A DNA stretch of 58,388 nucleotides from Ardenticatenales bacterium (GTDB lineage Bacteria; Chloroflexota; Anaerolineae; Promineifilales; UBA4811): the NCBI GenBank assembly GCA_030593075.1, contig JAUVHW010000001.1, forward strand, positions 1 through 58,388, written 5' to 3'. Numbering within the stretch: the first letter of the stretch is position 1; every line of letters begins with the position of its first letter. The translations under genes and the position numbers were made by a program. Below the pieces are notes generated by a model. It made no database searches. It was not told the origin of the DNA and was given only the letters and a program-made list of their open reading frames with translations. Positions 8,057 to 16,998 of the stretch are shown piece after piece.

Positions 8057-9772
8057 CTAGAAATAGGTCGATAGGATCTTGTACAGTCCTCGAATGGTCT
8101 CGACCGTGCCTGCTCTGGCTTGGCCGCCGGTAGAGTCCGCCAGCTGCTGCAGCATGTCATAGTCCGCGTCCTCGCCGTAGGCTATGGCAAAGATGACTAC
8201 GCGCGCACCGCTCTGATTCTCACGCCTCAGTTTGCTCGTCAGGTCAGTAATGCTGATGTGCGAAGCGTTTTCCTGCCCATCGGTCATCACCACTATGGCG
8301 TTGATTCGGTCTGGGTCGTTCAGGCGCCGCAGCTGCTTGTAGGCAACCGTAACACCGTCCAGCAGGGCAGTGTCTCCTCCCGCCTCAAGCCCACCAATGG
8401 CAGCTTGCAGCTCCGGCCGGTTGTCCCCCAAGCGGTCCAACGGCACCAAGATCTCCACGTCGCCCCAGAACTCTATCAGGCCCACCCGCTCCTCGGCGCC
8501 CTCGATCTGATTGACAAACACCTGGAGCGCCTCCTTGACGTTTCTCAGTTTCTCCCCATCCATACTGCCGGATGTGTCCACCACCAGGTAGACGTTCGTC
8601 TTGCGCTTGATGACCCACCAGACGTTGCGTACCTGGTCGATGACCTGAGCGCCGGGGAGCTGCAGGGTAGTCCGTGGCTGGTCGGGGTCCACTCCGTTCT
8701 CCGCCGTAAGCGGAGAGTTCTCCATTGCGAGGTCTAGGCTCAGATCCACGGGGCGGTAGCCGTGGCTCATGACCTGCCTCTGGGCCTCGGGGGATTCAAG
8801 GAAGGCGGCGAACTCTTCAAATGCCAACCGCTGCTCGCTGGTCAGGCTGGGCAGTTCCAGCAATGCCAGCGGGTGGTCTTCCCACAACGAACCCTCGACC
8901 GGGTAGATGGCGACCAGGTCGTGGCCTTGCTCGTTCAGCCAGACCACCAGTTGCTCCTGGGCCACAAAAGCATCCACGTAATCCCGCCCGCGCTCGTTGA
9001 CTTGCTGCGCGATTGCCCACTCCCCTTCGCCATAGTAGCTTACCGTGGCTTCCATCTCCTGCAGCCGGGCGATGGTCTCTGGCTGCTGCAGGTCCTCGGG
9101 AGTCAGGCCCCGAGTGACACCGGCTGCAGCGTAGAACTCGGCCAACGTGGCTAGCAAGCCCGAGGCTGACGCAGTGGAGGGATGGCTCCAGCGGAAATCG
9201 GGGTCGGCGATGGCATGGTTGACCAGGCTGTTCCAGCCGATGGCGGTTTCCGGCCAACCCAGTTCAAGAGCCGCATCTTCCCACATCGCGATCACTACCG
9301 GGGAGATGGCATAGTGGCGGGTCTGGCCGACCAGAAACGCGGCTGGGTCGGCGACCTCTTCTGCGTACTGCTGATCGAGCTGATGGAGCCAGACGGAGCT
9401 GTCGGGGCTGATTGCCTGGAACTCACCGGTGCTCGCCGCCCGCAGCATCTCGTCCGGGTCCATGCGGACAGACTGCACGCGCATGGAGCGGCCGTCGGCC
9501 GACTCGCGGCCCATCTGGTTGAAGCCATCTACCAGGTGGGTGAACAGGATCTCCTTCTCCGGCGAGTAAGCCACCCTTAGGACGATGCCTTCGAACTCTG
9601 AATCCTTGAGGCCGGCGTCCTCCAGAACGCCAGCTGCGCCGGTGATCCCTCGCAGCAGTGCCCAGCACAAGCATCCGCCTGTGACCACCACCACCAGCAG
9701 GGCTATCAGAGCGCCGACGATAGCTGCCGACTGCCCTGGAGTGCGACCCGCGTGTTTCTGCGACTTTGCCAT
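8057..9772 (-). CDS. membrane-anchored solute-binding-like plus von Willebrand factor A (VWA) domain protein
   Basis: N-terminal TM helix (AAIVGALIALLVVVVTGG), a middle PBP-like region, and a C-terminal VWA domain with MIDAS residues (VYLVVDTSGSMDG ... VMTDGQEN). Confidence 0.85.
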   Translation of the reverse strand: MAKSQKHAGRTPGQSAAIVGALIALLVVVVTGGCLCWALLRGITGAAGVLEDAGLKDSEFEGIVLRVAYSPEKEILFTHLVDGFNQMGRESADGRSMRVQSVRMDPDEMLRAASTGEFQAISPDSSVWLHQLDQQYAEEVADPAAFLVGQTRHYAISPVVIAMWEDAALELGWPETAIGWNSLVNHAIADPDFRWSHPSTASASGLLATLAEFYAAAGVTRGLTPEDLQQPETIARLQEMEATVSYYGEGEWAIAQQVNERGRDYVDAFVAQEQLVVWLNEQGHDLVAIYPVEGSLWEDHPLALLELPSLTSEQRLAFEEFAAFLESPEAQRQVMSHGYRPVDLSLDLAMENSPLTAENGVDPDQPRTTLQLPGAQVIDQVRNVWWVIKRKTNVYLVVDTSGSMDGEKLRNVKEALQVFVNQIEGAEERVGLIEFWGDVEILVPLDRLGDNRPELQAAIGGLEAGGDTALLDGVTVAYKQLRRLNDPDRINAIVVMTDGQENASHISITDLTSKLRRENQSGARVVIFAIAYGEDADYDMLQQLADSTGGQARAGTVETIRGLYKILSTYF

Positions 9773-9796
9773 GGTGTTTGCCTTAATGAATGGGCG

Positions 9797-11005
9797 CTAC
9801 CGTCCGGCGACTCTCAAGTCAAAGAATCGCAGCAGGTCCTGCAGGACCTGACGGTCTGGAGGGCGCATGGCGGTGGTGCGCGGGATTACCGCCTGCGCGC
9901 CCTGTGACTGCCAGCGCGTAAAGAGACTGTCCGGGCCCTCCACCGGAACAGTGGGGCTCACCGGCCGCAGGCCGTAAGCCAGGGCCCGCTGCTGGATCGG
10001 TTCGGACAGCAGGAATTCCTCAAAGACGAGGGCTGAGTTCTTCTGGTCGGCGCTGGTCTCTGGCCCTATCCACACCGTGAATGGGAAATCGAACCAGGTG
10101 ACGTATTGTGGATACACAATGCGAAGCGGGTCGGCCCAGCGCGTCTGAATCCCCTCCATGTTGACCAACAGGTCGCTCTCGAGCAGCTGTCCCGCATCGC
10201 CGGTCGTATAGCCAAAGAGCGCCAGGTCCTGTACCGTGTACGCGCCGCCACTCAGGTCGCTCATTGAACTCATGATGTCGGCCATCCAGTCCTGAAAGTC
10301 GTTGCTGTCTACGTCGTCCACACTGACACTGGTCTTGTCGTAATACTCCCCCGCCATCGCCACCATGGCCCCCAGTCCGCTGGCGTTCTTGCGCGGGCTT
10401 GAGATGGCGAGCTTGAAAAAGCCCCACTCCTCGCTGCCGCCGAGCGCGTCCCAACCATCCGCGTTCATGGCTGCATCGTGGATCAGCTGCCAGTTTATGG
10501 CCCCCGCCTGTTCCAGCGCCTGCGCGCGACTCTCGTAGATTCCCCAGGCCAGCAGAGTGATGGCGATCGGCCGGCCGCGGTACTCGCCGTCCGTGAGGAA
10601 GACGTCCCGGCCGAGCCGCTCCTTGAAAGTGGCGTTGACCAATTCGGTGAGATAACGGCTGTCGGGAATCCAGGCAGTCGGGACCGGGTCCATTTCCTCG
10701 CGTTCGAATCTGCTCTTGGCCGCCAGACCGTCCATGGGGATGATGGTCACCTGGATGGTCTGACCGGTGTCTTCCAGGATGTGTTCTTCGCCGTTGAACT
10801 GGTCGGCCGCCTCCCGGACCCAGGGTTCGACCGATTGTGCCGCCACCACCGTGACTCTTACTGGCTGGCTGGTGTCTATCACCTCGCCGGCGATTGTCGT
10901 ATCTTGCTTGCCGAAGGGCAGGAGGTCAAAGACAACAACAGCCGCAACGACTAAAGCCAGCGCCAGACCGACGATGGCAAAGAAAACCCAGCGCGTACGG
11001 TTCAT
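9797..11005 (-). CDS. membrane-anchored solute-binding-like protein (paralogous to the N-terminal half of 8057..9772)
   Basis: N-terminal TM helix (WVFFAIVGLALALVVAAVVV) followed by a roughly 350-aa PBP-like domain. It has the same layout as the neighbour but lacks the VWA domain. Confidence 0.7.
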   Translation of the reverse strand: MNRTRWVFFAIVGLALALVVAAVVVFDLLPFGKQDTTIAGEVIDTSQPVRVTVVAAQSVEPWVREAADQFNGEEHILEDTGQTIQVTIIPMDGLAAKSRFEREEMDPVPTAWIPDSRYLTELVNATFKERLGRDVFLTDGEYRGRPIAITLLAWGIYESRAQALEQAGAINWQLIHDAAMNADGWDALGGSEEWGFFKLAISSPRKNASGLGAMVAMAGEYYDKTSVSVDDVDSNDFQDWMADIMSSMSDLSGGAYTVQDLALFGYTTGDAGQLLESDLLVNMEGIQTRWADPLRIVYPQYVTWFDFPFTVWIGPETSADQKNSALVFEEFLLSEPIQQRALAYGLRPVSPTVPVEGPDSLFTRWQSQGAQAVIPRTTAMRPPDRQVLQDLLRFFDLRVAGR

Positions 11006-11053
11006 GATCTGCTCCCTCGTGGTGGCAATGGGTCGACTGCTGCTCTACTGGCG

Positions 11054-11755
11054 TCACCCAGCGGCCTCGTCCCGGAGGCCGAGCCGTCGCATGCGTTCCT
11101 CTAGCTGGATGTCGATCTCGCCTTTCTCTAGCACCTCGTCCATCTCGGCCTCCAGCCGGCCGGCGTACATCTCGCCCTGGGCTGCAGCCCGGTCGAGCCG
11201 GGCGCGGATGGATTCGCCAATTCGGGCAATGTCGGCGTCGCCGACGCCCGCCAGGTCGTCCAAGGACTTGATGGCCTTGACGGCTACCTCTTTGGATTTG
11301 GCCAGCTCCATCAGCGCCTGCAGGTGTTCGCGCTCCTGACGGATGGTGGTGAGCTTGGCTTCCAGCTTGCGGCGAGAGCTGAGCAATTGCTGGTACTGCT
11401 TCTGCTGTTCTTGCCACTGTTCGCTATAGTCGGACGCAAGCCTGCGGGTGGAGTTGAGGCGAGATTGCGCAGCGGCCGCCAGTTCCTTCTTGCCCTGAAG
11501 CAGCAGAGTATCGATGCTCTGGTCTAGCTTCTCCGCCTCAGCGTCGTGTTGCTCGGCCTTGCGTTTGAGCGTCTTGACGGTTCCGCCCACCGTCACCACC
11601 GCGTCCTCTAGCTTCTCCAGATTGTCTTCCGCCTGGCGGATGTACTCGTCCATCACTGCCACCGAGTTGGCCTCCAGAGCCCTGTCCACCATGGCGTGCA
11701 GGTTGGCCGAGATCAGTGTCTGGACTTTGTCGATAAGTGTTGCCATTTTTGCCAT
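11054..11755 (-). CDS. pspA: PspA/IM30/Vipp1-family membrane-stress protein
   Basis: ATLIDKVQTLISANLHAMVDRALEANSVAVMDEYIRQAEDNLEKLE and a long coiled coil. The SD GGGAG abuts the first ATG, so the second ATG (11746) has the better spacing. Confidence 0.85.
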   Translation of the reverse strand: MAKMATLIDKVQTLISANLHAMVDRALEANSVAVMDEYIRQAEDNLEKLEDAVVTVGGTVKTLKRKAEQHDAEAEKLDQSIDTLLLQGKKELAAAAQSRLNSTRRLASDYSEQWQEQQKQYQQLLSSRRKLEAKLTTIRQEREHLQALMELAKSKEVAVKAIKSLDDLAGVGDADIARIGESIRARLDRAAAQGEMYAGRLEAEMDEVLEKGEIDIQLEERMRRLGLRDEAAG

Positions 11756-12094
11756 CTCCCTAGAATGGAGCTCCCCCTCAGGGAAGGGGGGCGCTCAGTT
11801 TACAGTGCACCACCAGTAGAGTATACCAAATTGCCGGGATACCATGACCCTGCTCTGACGGTGAACTGACACCGCACTGGCGGGCACCCCCTTTGTAACA
11901 CATTCCGGCCGGAAAAACCAGTTCGTTGTGCTACGAGGAGGCACCGAATCACATACTGGTGCTGGGCGCACGGGACGGGCCTTCAGAATGTCATCGGATT
12001 GGAAACGGATTCCGATGGCTGTTCGGGAGTGCCTGTCAGTGACTGGCTCTGCGGGGGGACCAGCCGCGCGCGGTGCGGCGAGACGGTCAAGTCC

Positions 12095-13450
12095 CTAGCC
12101 GCTGACGTGTTGCTTTGCCGGGTGCTGCACCAGTTTGTAGCCCCGGCCGCGAACGGTCACCAGGTAGCGAGGTAGGGTGGGGTCTGGCTCGATTTTCTTC
12201 CGTAGGCGGCTGATGAGCTTCTCAATGCGAGCATCATCACCCTTGTCGATGTACTCCTGGCCCCAGACCGATTCGGCGATCAGGTACTTGTCACACAGCT
12301 TCTCCAGTCTACCGTACAGGGTCTGGAGCAAGCGGTATTCCAGTTCGGTCAGGGTGGGCAAGGGCCGGCCGTCCACCCACACGTCACCGGCGTCCACGTC
12401 AATCCAGATACCCTCTGGGTAATCCAGTTCCGCTCTTCGGCGCCGGCGGACAAAGGCTGCGAAGCGCTCGCCAAAGAGACTCACAGGGTCGGTTGTTAGG
12501 ATGCCCTTCTGCTGCAAAGCGGCGAGGATGGGTTGGGTCAGGTCGGTCGCCCCCTCCACGACGAACTGGAGCAGTTCATTCTGCTCCCTATCACTCAGCT
12601 GCTGCCAGAGCTTGACGCACTCGGTCTGGGCTATCTCACTCTCGTCTAGTCGCTGGGTGACCAGCGTCAGGCCCTGCTGACGATAGAGTGCGGGCGCGCC
12701 GACCTCCAACTCGATGAGGAGTTGAGCTGCAGCCAGCAGAAGGCCGGGATGCCCGCCGGACTGGTGCCAGACGTAGCTTCTCTCATCCTCGTCCAGGTCG
12801 ACTCCCTTGCGGTTAGTATAGTCCAGCAGCAGGACCCTGGCATCGGGTTCTGTCAGCATGCCGAGGTGTCGCTCGTTATGAGTAGTCAGCTCGTGGAACT
12901 CCTCAACAGTGTTGTCAGTGCGAATCTCTCGCAGAGGTCTCGCCGTTGCGGTTACGTAGGCCAGGCGGCCGCGGTATTTGTCGTGCAGCGCCCGAAGATT
13001 CAACAGAACCCGGCTGTCCAGAGCCGAGTAGGCCTCTTCGAACTCGTCCAGCAAGAGAACCATACCGCCCGGCAGCGCCTCGAAGGTGTGCATCACGGCG
13101 TCGTTGAAACCCAGCGGGACCAGGAACTGGCTCTCTGGTTGGACGGTCTTGCGATAACAGGCGGCGAGCTGGTCGAGCAGGCCGGCAGGCGCGTTACTGA
13201 CCGTGCGGGCCAGTGTCTCCTGCAGGGCACGCAGTACGGCCTCGTAGAAACCCTGGTCGGTTGCGGCCCACATCGAGTTGCAGTCGACGTAGACCAAGGT
13301 ATGGTCCGTTCCCGCCGTGCGCGCAGCCAGGTCGCGCAGCAGCATCGATTTGCCGGTGTTACTGAGGCCGATGACGGAGCAACTAGCACCCGTCCGCACG
13401 CAGTCGGCCACAAAGTGATAGTTGGCCTGCCGCAGATGGATAGGGTCCAC
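12095..13450 (-). CDS. P-loop NTPase (ORC/Cdc6- or STAND-like) fused to a C-terminal OmpR/PhoB-type winged-helix DNA-binding domain
   Basis: Walker A GLSNTGKS, Walker B VLLLDEFE, and a GGHPGLL motif. C-terminal LTELEYRLLQTLY...IEKLISRLRKKIE...LVTVRGRGYKLV is a trans_reg_C signature. Confidence 0.8.
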   Translation of the reverse strand: MDPIHLRQANYHFVADCVRTGASCSVIGLSNTGKSMLLRDLAARTAGTDHTLVYVDCNSMWAATDQGFYEAVLRALQETLARTVSNAPAGLLDQLAACYRKTVQPESQFLVPLGFNDAVMHTFEALPGGMVLLLDEFEEAYSALDSRVLLNLRALHDKYRGRLAYVTATARPLREIRTDNTVEEFHELTTHNERHLGMLTEPDARVLLLDYTNRKGVDLDEDERSYVWHQSGGHPGLLLAAAQLLIELEVGAPALYRQQGLTLVTQRLDESEIAQTECVKLWQQLSDREQNELLQFVVEGATDLTQPILAALQQKGILTTDPVSLFGERFAAFVRRRRRAELDYPEGIWIDVDAGDVWVDGRPLPTLTELEYRLLQTLYGRLEKLCDKYLIAESVWGQEYIDKGDDARIEKLISRLRKKIEPDPTLPRYLVTVRGRGYKLVQHPAKQHVSG

Positions 13451-13594
13451 GATTGGTCAGCAGGGCAAACGAGAAGGAAGCGAGGTTTCCCGTTGCCCGT
13501 CCCTCAGTGAGCGATGAGCGCCAGCAGCAATCGCCTCGACCGGCCGACCGCTGCCTAGTTCGAGCGGCGGACTGGAGGCGTCCAGCACCAGAGG

Positions 13595-14098
13595 TCAGAC
13601 GGCGGGGCGCAGCTGGCGAGCCAGTAATATGACTATCAGCAGAGCGCCAGCGCTCACGACCGCGGCCCACATGCCCAGGCCGCCGGCCGGGAGCTGCCCG
13701 CCGCCGGGACCAATCGTAGGTGTGGGTGGAGGAGCGGTCGGCGATGGCTCTTCGGTCGCTTCAGGTGTTTCCTCGGCGGCGGTCTCCGCCTCTGTAGGGC
13801 GCGGGGAGGGAGTGAAGGTGGGTATCTTGGTCGGCTCGGCGGTTGGGCGAGGGCGGGTAGCTGTGGCCGGTTTGGCCTCCTGGGTCATCGCCATCACTGT
13901 CTGTGTGACCAGATAGTTCGCCGCCTCGATCGTCTGGTTCTGGATCGCGATCGGACTGTTCGCGACGTCTGCTTGCCTCACAAAAAAGATGACGATAAAG
14001 CTAACGATTCCGAGAGCCAGGAAAGCGCCCAGGATCGCGGCCACCGTTCGGAACGTCTTGTCCGAAGCTGCATCCTGCATCACAAAGTCACTTGCCAT
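13595..14098 (-). CDS. small bitopic membrane protein with a Pro/Thr/Glu-rich linker
   Basis: Two hydrophobic helices (AAILGAFLALGIVSFIVIFFV, MWAAVVSAGALLIVILLA) flank PTAEPTKIPTFTPSPRPTEAETAAEETPEATEEPSPTAPPPTPT. It has a strong SD (GGGAGG, 6 nt) and its own promoter. Confidence 0.7.
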   Translation of the reverse strand: MASDFVMQDAASDKTFRTVAAILGAFLALGIVSFIVIFFVRQADVANSPIAIQNQTIEAANYLVTQTVMAMTQEAKPATATRPRPTAEPTKIPTFTPSPRPTEAETAAEETPEATEEPSPTAPPPTPTIGPGGGQLPAGGLGMWAAVVSAGALLIVILLARQLRPAV

Positions 14099-14124
14099 GA
14101 TCGACCTCCCATAGCTGAGGCTAG

Positions 14125-14153
14125 ATAATACACGCTAATTGCCTAACGTGCAA
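14125..14153 (-). promoter_or_regulatory. sigma70-like promoter for 13595..14098
   Basis: Minus strand: TTGCAC (14153-14148), 17-nt spacer, TATTAT (14130-14125), about 25 nt upstream of the SD/ATG. Confidence 0.45.
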
Positions 14154-14176
14154 GATTCGGGCCAGAAAGCCATTCG

Positions 14177-15283
14177 TTAGGTCACCAATTCCAGATTCAC
14201 GTTCGGCACAAATGCCACGGTCCCGTCCTCCAGAATCACCTCCGCTCCACGGAACTTGACGCCACTCTCGACGGCGCGAGGCTCATTGCTTATTTCCTTC
14301 ACTCTGCCCACCGCTCCCCAGTAGGGGCTGCGCCTGACGCGCACCGCAAGATTGGCACTCAGCGCTCTCCTTGGCGAGGGCGCAGAGTCGGCAGGCTGAG
14401 ACGCCGGGAGGGGAATAATGATCTCAGGGCGAGACGGCTTCCAGCGATCGGGGAGCACCGCCAGAATGGTGGCCTGTCGTCCCTGGTTCTGCTGCAGCAA
14501 GTCAAAGATGGCAGACGAGATCGGGGCGCGCCCGACCCCTTCGGTAGCGACTACGGGAACTAACTGCTCACAGACTCGTTCCTGCAGCTCGGCAGGAATG
14601 CCGCCGACGATCAGCCCGCGCACTTGAAGCTCTTGCGCTCGGGCCAGCACCTCCTCGTCCAGAACGGCCCCACAAACCAAGATGGTTCCACGGTGAGCGG
14701 CCTGGACCTGCCTGGCGTCTAGCACCACATCGCGCTCTTTCACGCCCGTCGCCAGCACGCCGTAGCCCTCTTTGCCTGACCCCCACACGCCCTGAATCAG
14801 CGCCCCGGGAGTCTCTATCGTCACTCCGTATCCCGGCGCAACCTCTGCCACCGTACCGGAGAGCACAGCGCGCAGCTCGAATGGCTCAGGTTCGAGTTCA
14901 ATGATCACCCGACCACCGTCCGCAGCAATCACCTTTCCATCAACCGGCGATGTCACCTCGCGCACTTGCCGGAATCCACCTTTGTGCCACGCAAGCACGT
15001 CCCCCGGCCGGACACGGTCTCCCGGATTCCTGAGCATACAGCCGCGGGACCGATCGCGCGAGACGTTCAGTTCTTTGGCGACATTCACGATCAAGTATGG
15101 CTGCGGCAGGCTGGCCCGCGCCACGATGTCCCTTGGCTTGACCTGCTGCCCTGTCCTGACCAGCACATCCCCTTGCCTGGGAAGCATCCGCTCCCGTCGA
15201 ACAGTCGTGTGAGCCAAGATGTGCGTCTGATACGGGTAGAATCGGCTGCTCAGACAGGTAGCCCTCCTACGTCCCACAGCCAC
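14177..15283 (-). CDS. hypothetical protein with barrel-sandwich-hybrid-like N-terminal repeats and a KOW/SH3-like C-terminus (last gene of the large operon)
   Basis: Repeated G-D-x-V-x-x-G-x-x-[VL] strands (QGDVLVRTGQQVKPRDIVA, PGDRVRPGDVLAW, SPVDGKVIAADGGRVIIE). The C-terminal GAVGRVKEISNE...GAEVILEDGTVAFVPNVNLELV is KOW-like. An alternative start is ATG at 15187. Confidence 0.7.
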   Translation of the reverse strand: MAVGRRRATCLSSRFYPYQTHILAHTTVRRERMLPRQGDVLVRTGQQVKPRDIVARASLPQPYLIVNVAKELNVSRDRSRGCMLRNPGDRVRPGDVLAWHKGGFRQVREVTSPVDGKVIAADGGRVIIELEPEPFELRAVLSGTVAEVAPGYGVTIETPGALIQGVWGSGKEGYGVLATGVKERDVVLDARQVQAAHRGTILVCGAVLDEEVLARAQELQVRGLIVGGIPAELQERVCEQLVPVVATEGVGRAPISSAIFDLLQQNQGRQATILAVLPDRWKPSRPEIIIPLPASQPADSAPSPRRALSANLAVRVRRSPYWGAVGRVKEISNEPRAVESGVKFRGAEVILEDGTVAFVPNVNLELVT

Positions 15284-16992
15284 TGCCGGGTCTTGGCCCT
15301 GCGCTCAGCGGGGTCGGTAGGAAGTCTCAGCGGCCGGCCGCGCGCGTCGACAATTAGCCCCACTGCCCCGCCAAACACGCTGCGGCGGCAGCTGCGGCCT
15401 GGCCCTTCACCGACGTCGAAGCGTTTGAGCGGGCGCAGCTGCAGCTCCGCGCGATGACCGGGCTGTAGCGGCAGTACCTTGAGTGAGCCCGCTTCTACCT
15501 CCGTCTCCAGCTCGCTGCCGTTCTCGCGGATCATCTTGAGCCGCAGGATCTGCTCGCCTGGCTTTGCCTGGCCGACAGGCGCCACAACGCCACCCAGTTC
15601 GCGAAACGCACCCGACTCTATCACTTGGACCGCTGCCAATGGAACCACACCGGCAACGGCGCCCAAGGCCGGTGCCAGACCGTGTGTGTCCAGGGCCAAC
15701 ATGCAAAGGCCGACTGGCTGCAGGGCGTCCAGTAGCGCCAGGGCAGCCTGCCCCGGTCTGGGAACACTTCCCAACAGCGTGCCACCTAATAGGATCATCT
15801 CAACCGGTGGCAGCGTCCCCGTCGGCGTGGCATCGAAATGGCTCGGGAAGGCGACCGGGAGCGTGGACCGGATCAACTCACGCGCCAGTGCGAGCTCCAG
15901 GTGCAGCTCCTCCGATGTCACGGGAACAGTCTGGGGGAACAGCGCCTTGTTGGCCACAAAGTCCTTCAAGTCGCTGTCCGCCATCTCGTGGGGAAGCCAC
16001 CGCATGACCTGCTGCGAGTCAACCTGCTCCAGGAGTTTGGGCAGATTGTGGCCAATGCCTAGGTCGCTGCGCACCGCCAAATGGGAAATGCCGTTGAGTA
16101 CCGCCCCCATCGTCACGGATGCACTCCCCACGTCCACCCCTACCACGTTGTTTCCCAGGATTGCTCCCAGGTACTGCACTGACCAGCCGAACGCTTTGGC
16201 CGTCGGAATCAGCGCTCCGTTGGCCAGATTCCTGAGTTGCTCTGCCCCTGGCAGCGCGCCGAGCTTGCCCTTTTCGTAGAGCAGATCCAACTCGGCCTGG
16301 GCCGAATCCAGATACTCGGCGTCTACGTCTGGGCGGACGTTCTCTACTGCTCTCAATCCCACACCGCCCAGGATCTCCGCGACCATGGGGCGCAGCACTG
16401 GGTTCCCCGCGTAGATGACTGTCGGCGGGTCGGACCCCTTGTCTTGTAGCGAGATGGCCAGCGAGACCGTCTCTACCAGGTGAATCACGTTGGTCGCTGC
16501 ACCCCCACTGGTTCCGCCAGCTATCAAGAACACGTCCGGCTCTAGGGCGACCAGCTCCTGGACCCTCTCACTGTCTGATCGGCCGTCGGCCGGACTGAAC
16601 TCTTCCTCGATCGTGGTGTAGGTGGAGAGCGCCACCCGCCGGGCACTAGCCAGACTCAACTGGTCCGCGAGCCCCACCAGGACCGTCCTGAGTGGCTGCG
16701 CGGCACTGGTAGTGGCCACAAAACGATCTACGCCCCTTGTGCCCCCCTGGGATGGAATGAGCAGCTGCCCTTGCTCGCCCACAATCTCCCGGCCGGTTGC
16801 GGCTTCTACGTCTGCGACGGCGTTTATCATTCCCACCGTGATGTCAGACAGCGGATGAGCACCCGTGGAAGGAGCCTGCCCGTTGGCGATGAATCGGTAG
16901 CGCCCCTCCACCAAGTCTAGCAGGGCAACGCGTGTAGTGGCGCTGCCGCAGTCGGCTACCAAGACAGATCCTGATGTCTGTCCGTCCGTCAC
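15250..16992 (-). CDS. GlmL/MutL-family (glutamate mutase L-like) ASKHA-fold ATPase-like protein
   Basis: Phosphate-1-like VLVADCGSATTRVALLD. A second-lobe motif GVDVGSASVTMGAV. FLIAGGTSGG and ILLGGTLLG resemble actin/Hsp70-fold adenosine and phosphate-2 motifs. Confidence 0.7.
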   Translation of the reverse strand: MTDGQTSGSVLVADCGSATTRVALLDLVEGRYRFIANGQAPSTGAHPLSDITVGMINAVADVEAATGREIVGEQGQLLIPSQGGTRGVDRFVATTSAAQPLRTVLVGLADQLSLASARRVALSTYTTIEEEFSPADGRSDSERVQELVALEPDVFLIAGGTSGGAATNVIHLVETVSLAISLQDKGSDPPTVIYAGNPVLRPMVAEILGGVGLRAVENVRPDVDAEYLDSAQAELDLLYEKGKLGALPGAEQLRNLANGALIPTAKAFGWSVQYLGAILGNNVVGVDVGSASVTMGAVLNGISHLAVRSDLGIGHNLPKLLEQVDSQQVMRWLPHEMADSDLKDFVANKALFPQTVPVTSEELHLELALARELIRSTLPVAFPSHFDATPTGTLPPVEMILLGGTLLGSVPRPGQAALALLDALQPVGLCMLALDTHGLAPALGAVAGVVPLAAVQVIESGAFRELGGVVAPVGQAKPGEQILRLKMIRENGSELETEVEAGSLKVLPLQPGHRAELQLRPLKRFDVGEGPGRSCRRSVFGGAVGLIVDARGRPLRLPTDPAERRAKTRQWLWDVGGLPV

Positions 16993-16998
16993 CCCTTG

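Noticed and set aside
11911-11925. CCGGCCGG followed by AAAAA, considered as a terminator.
   Set aside because: The palindrome has no loop. On the strand where a gene (12095..13450) reads into it, the T-run precedes the palindrome rather than following it.
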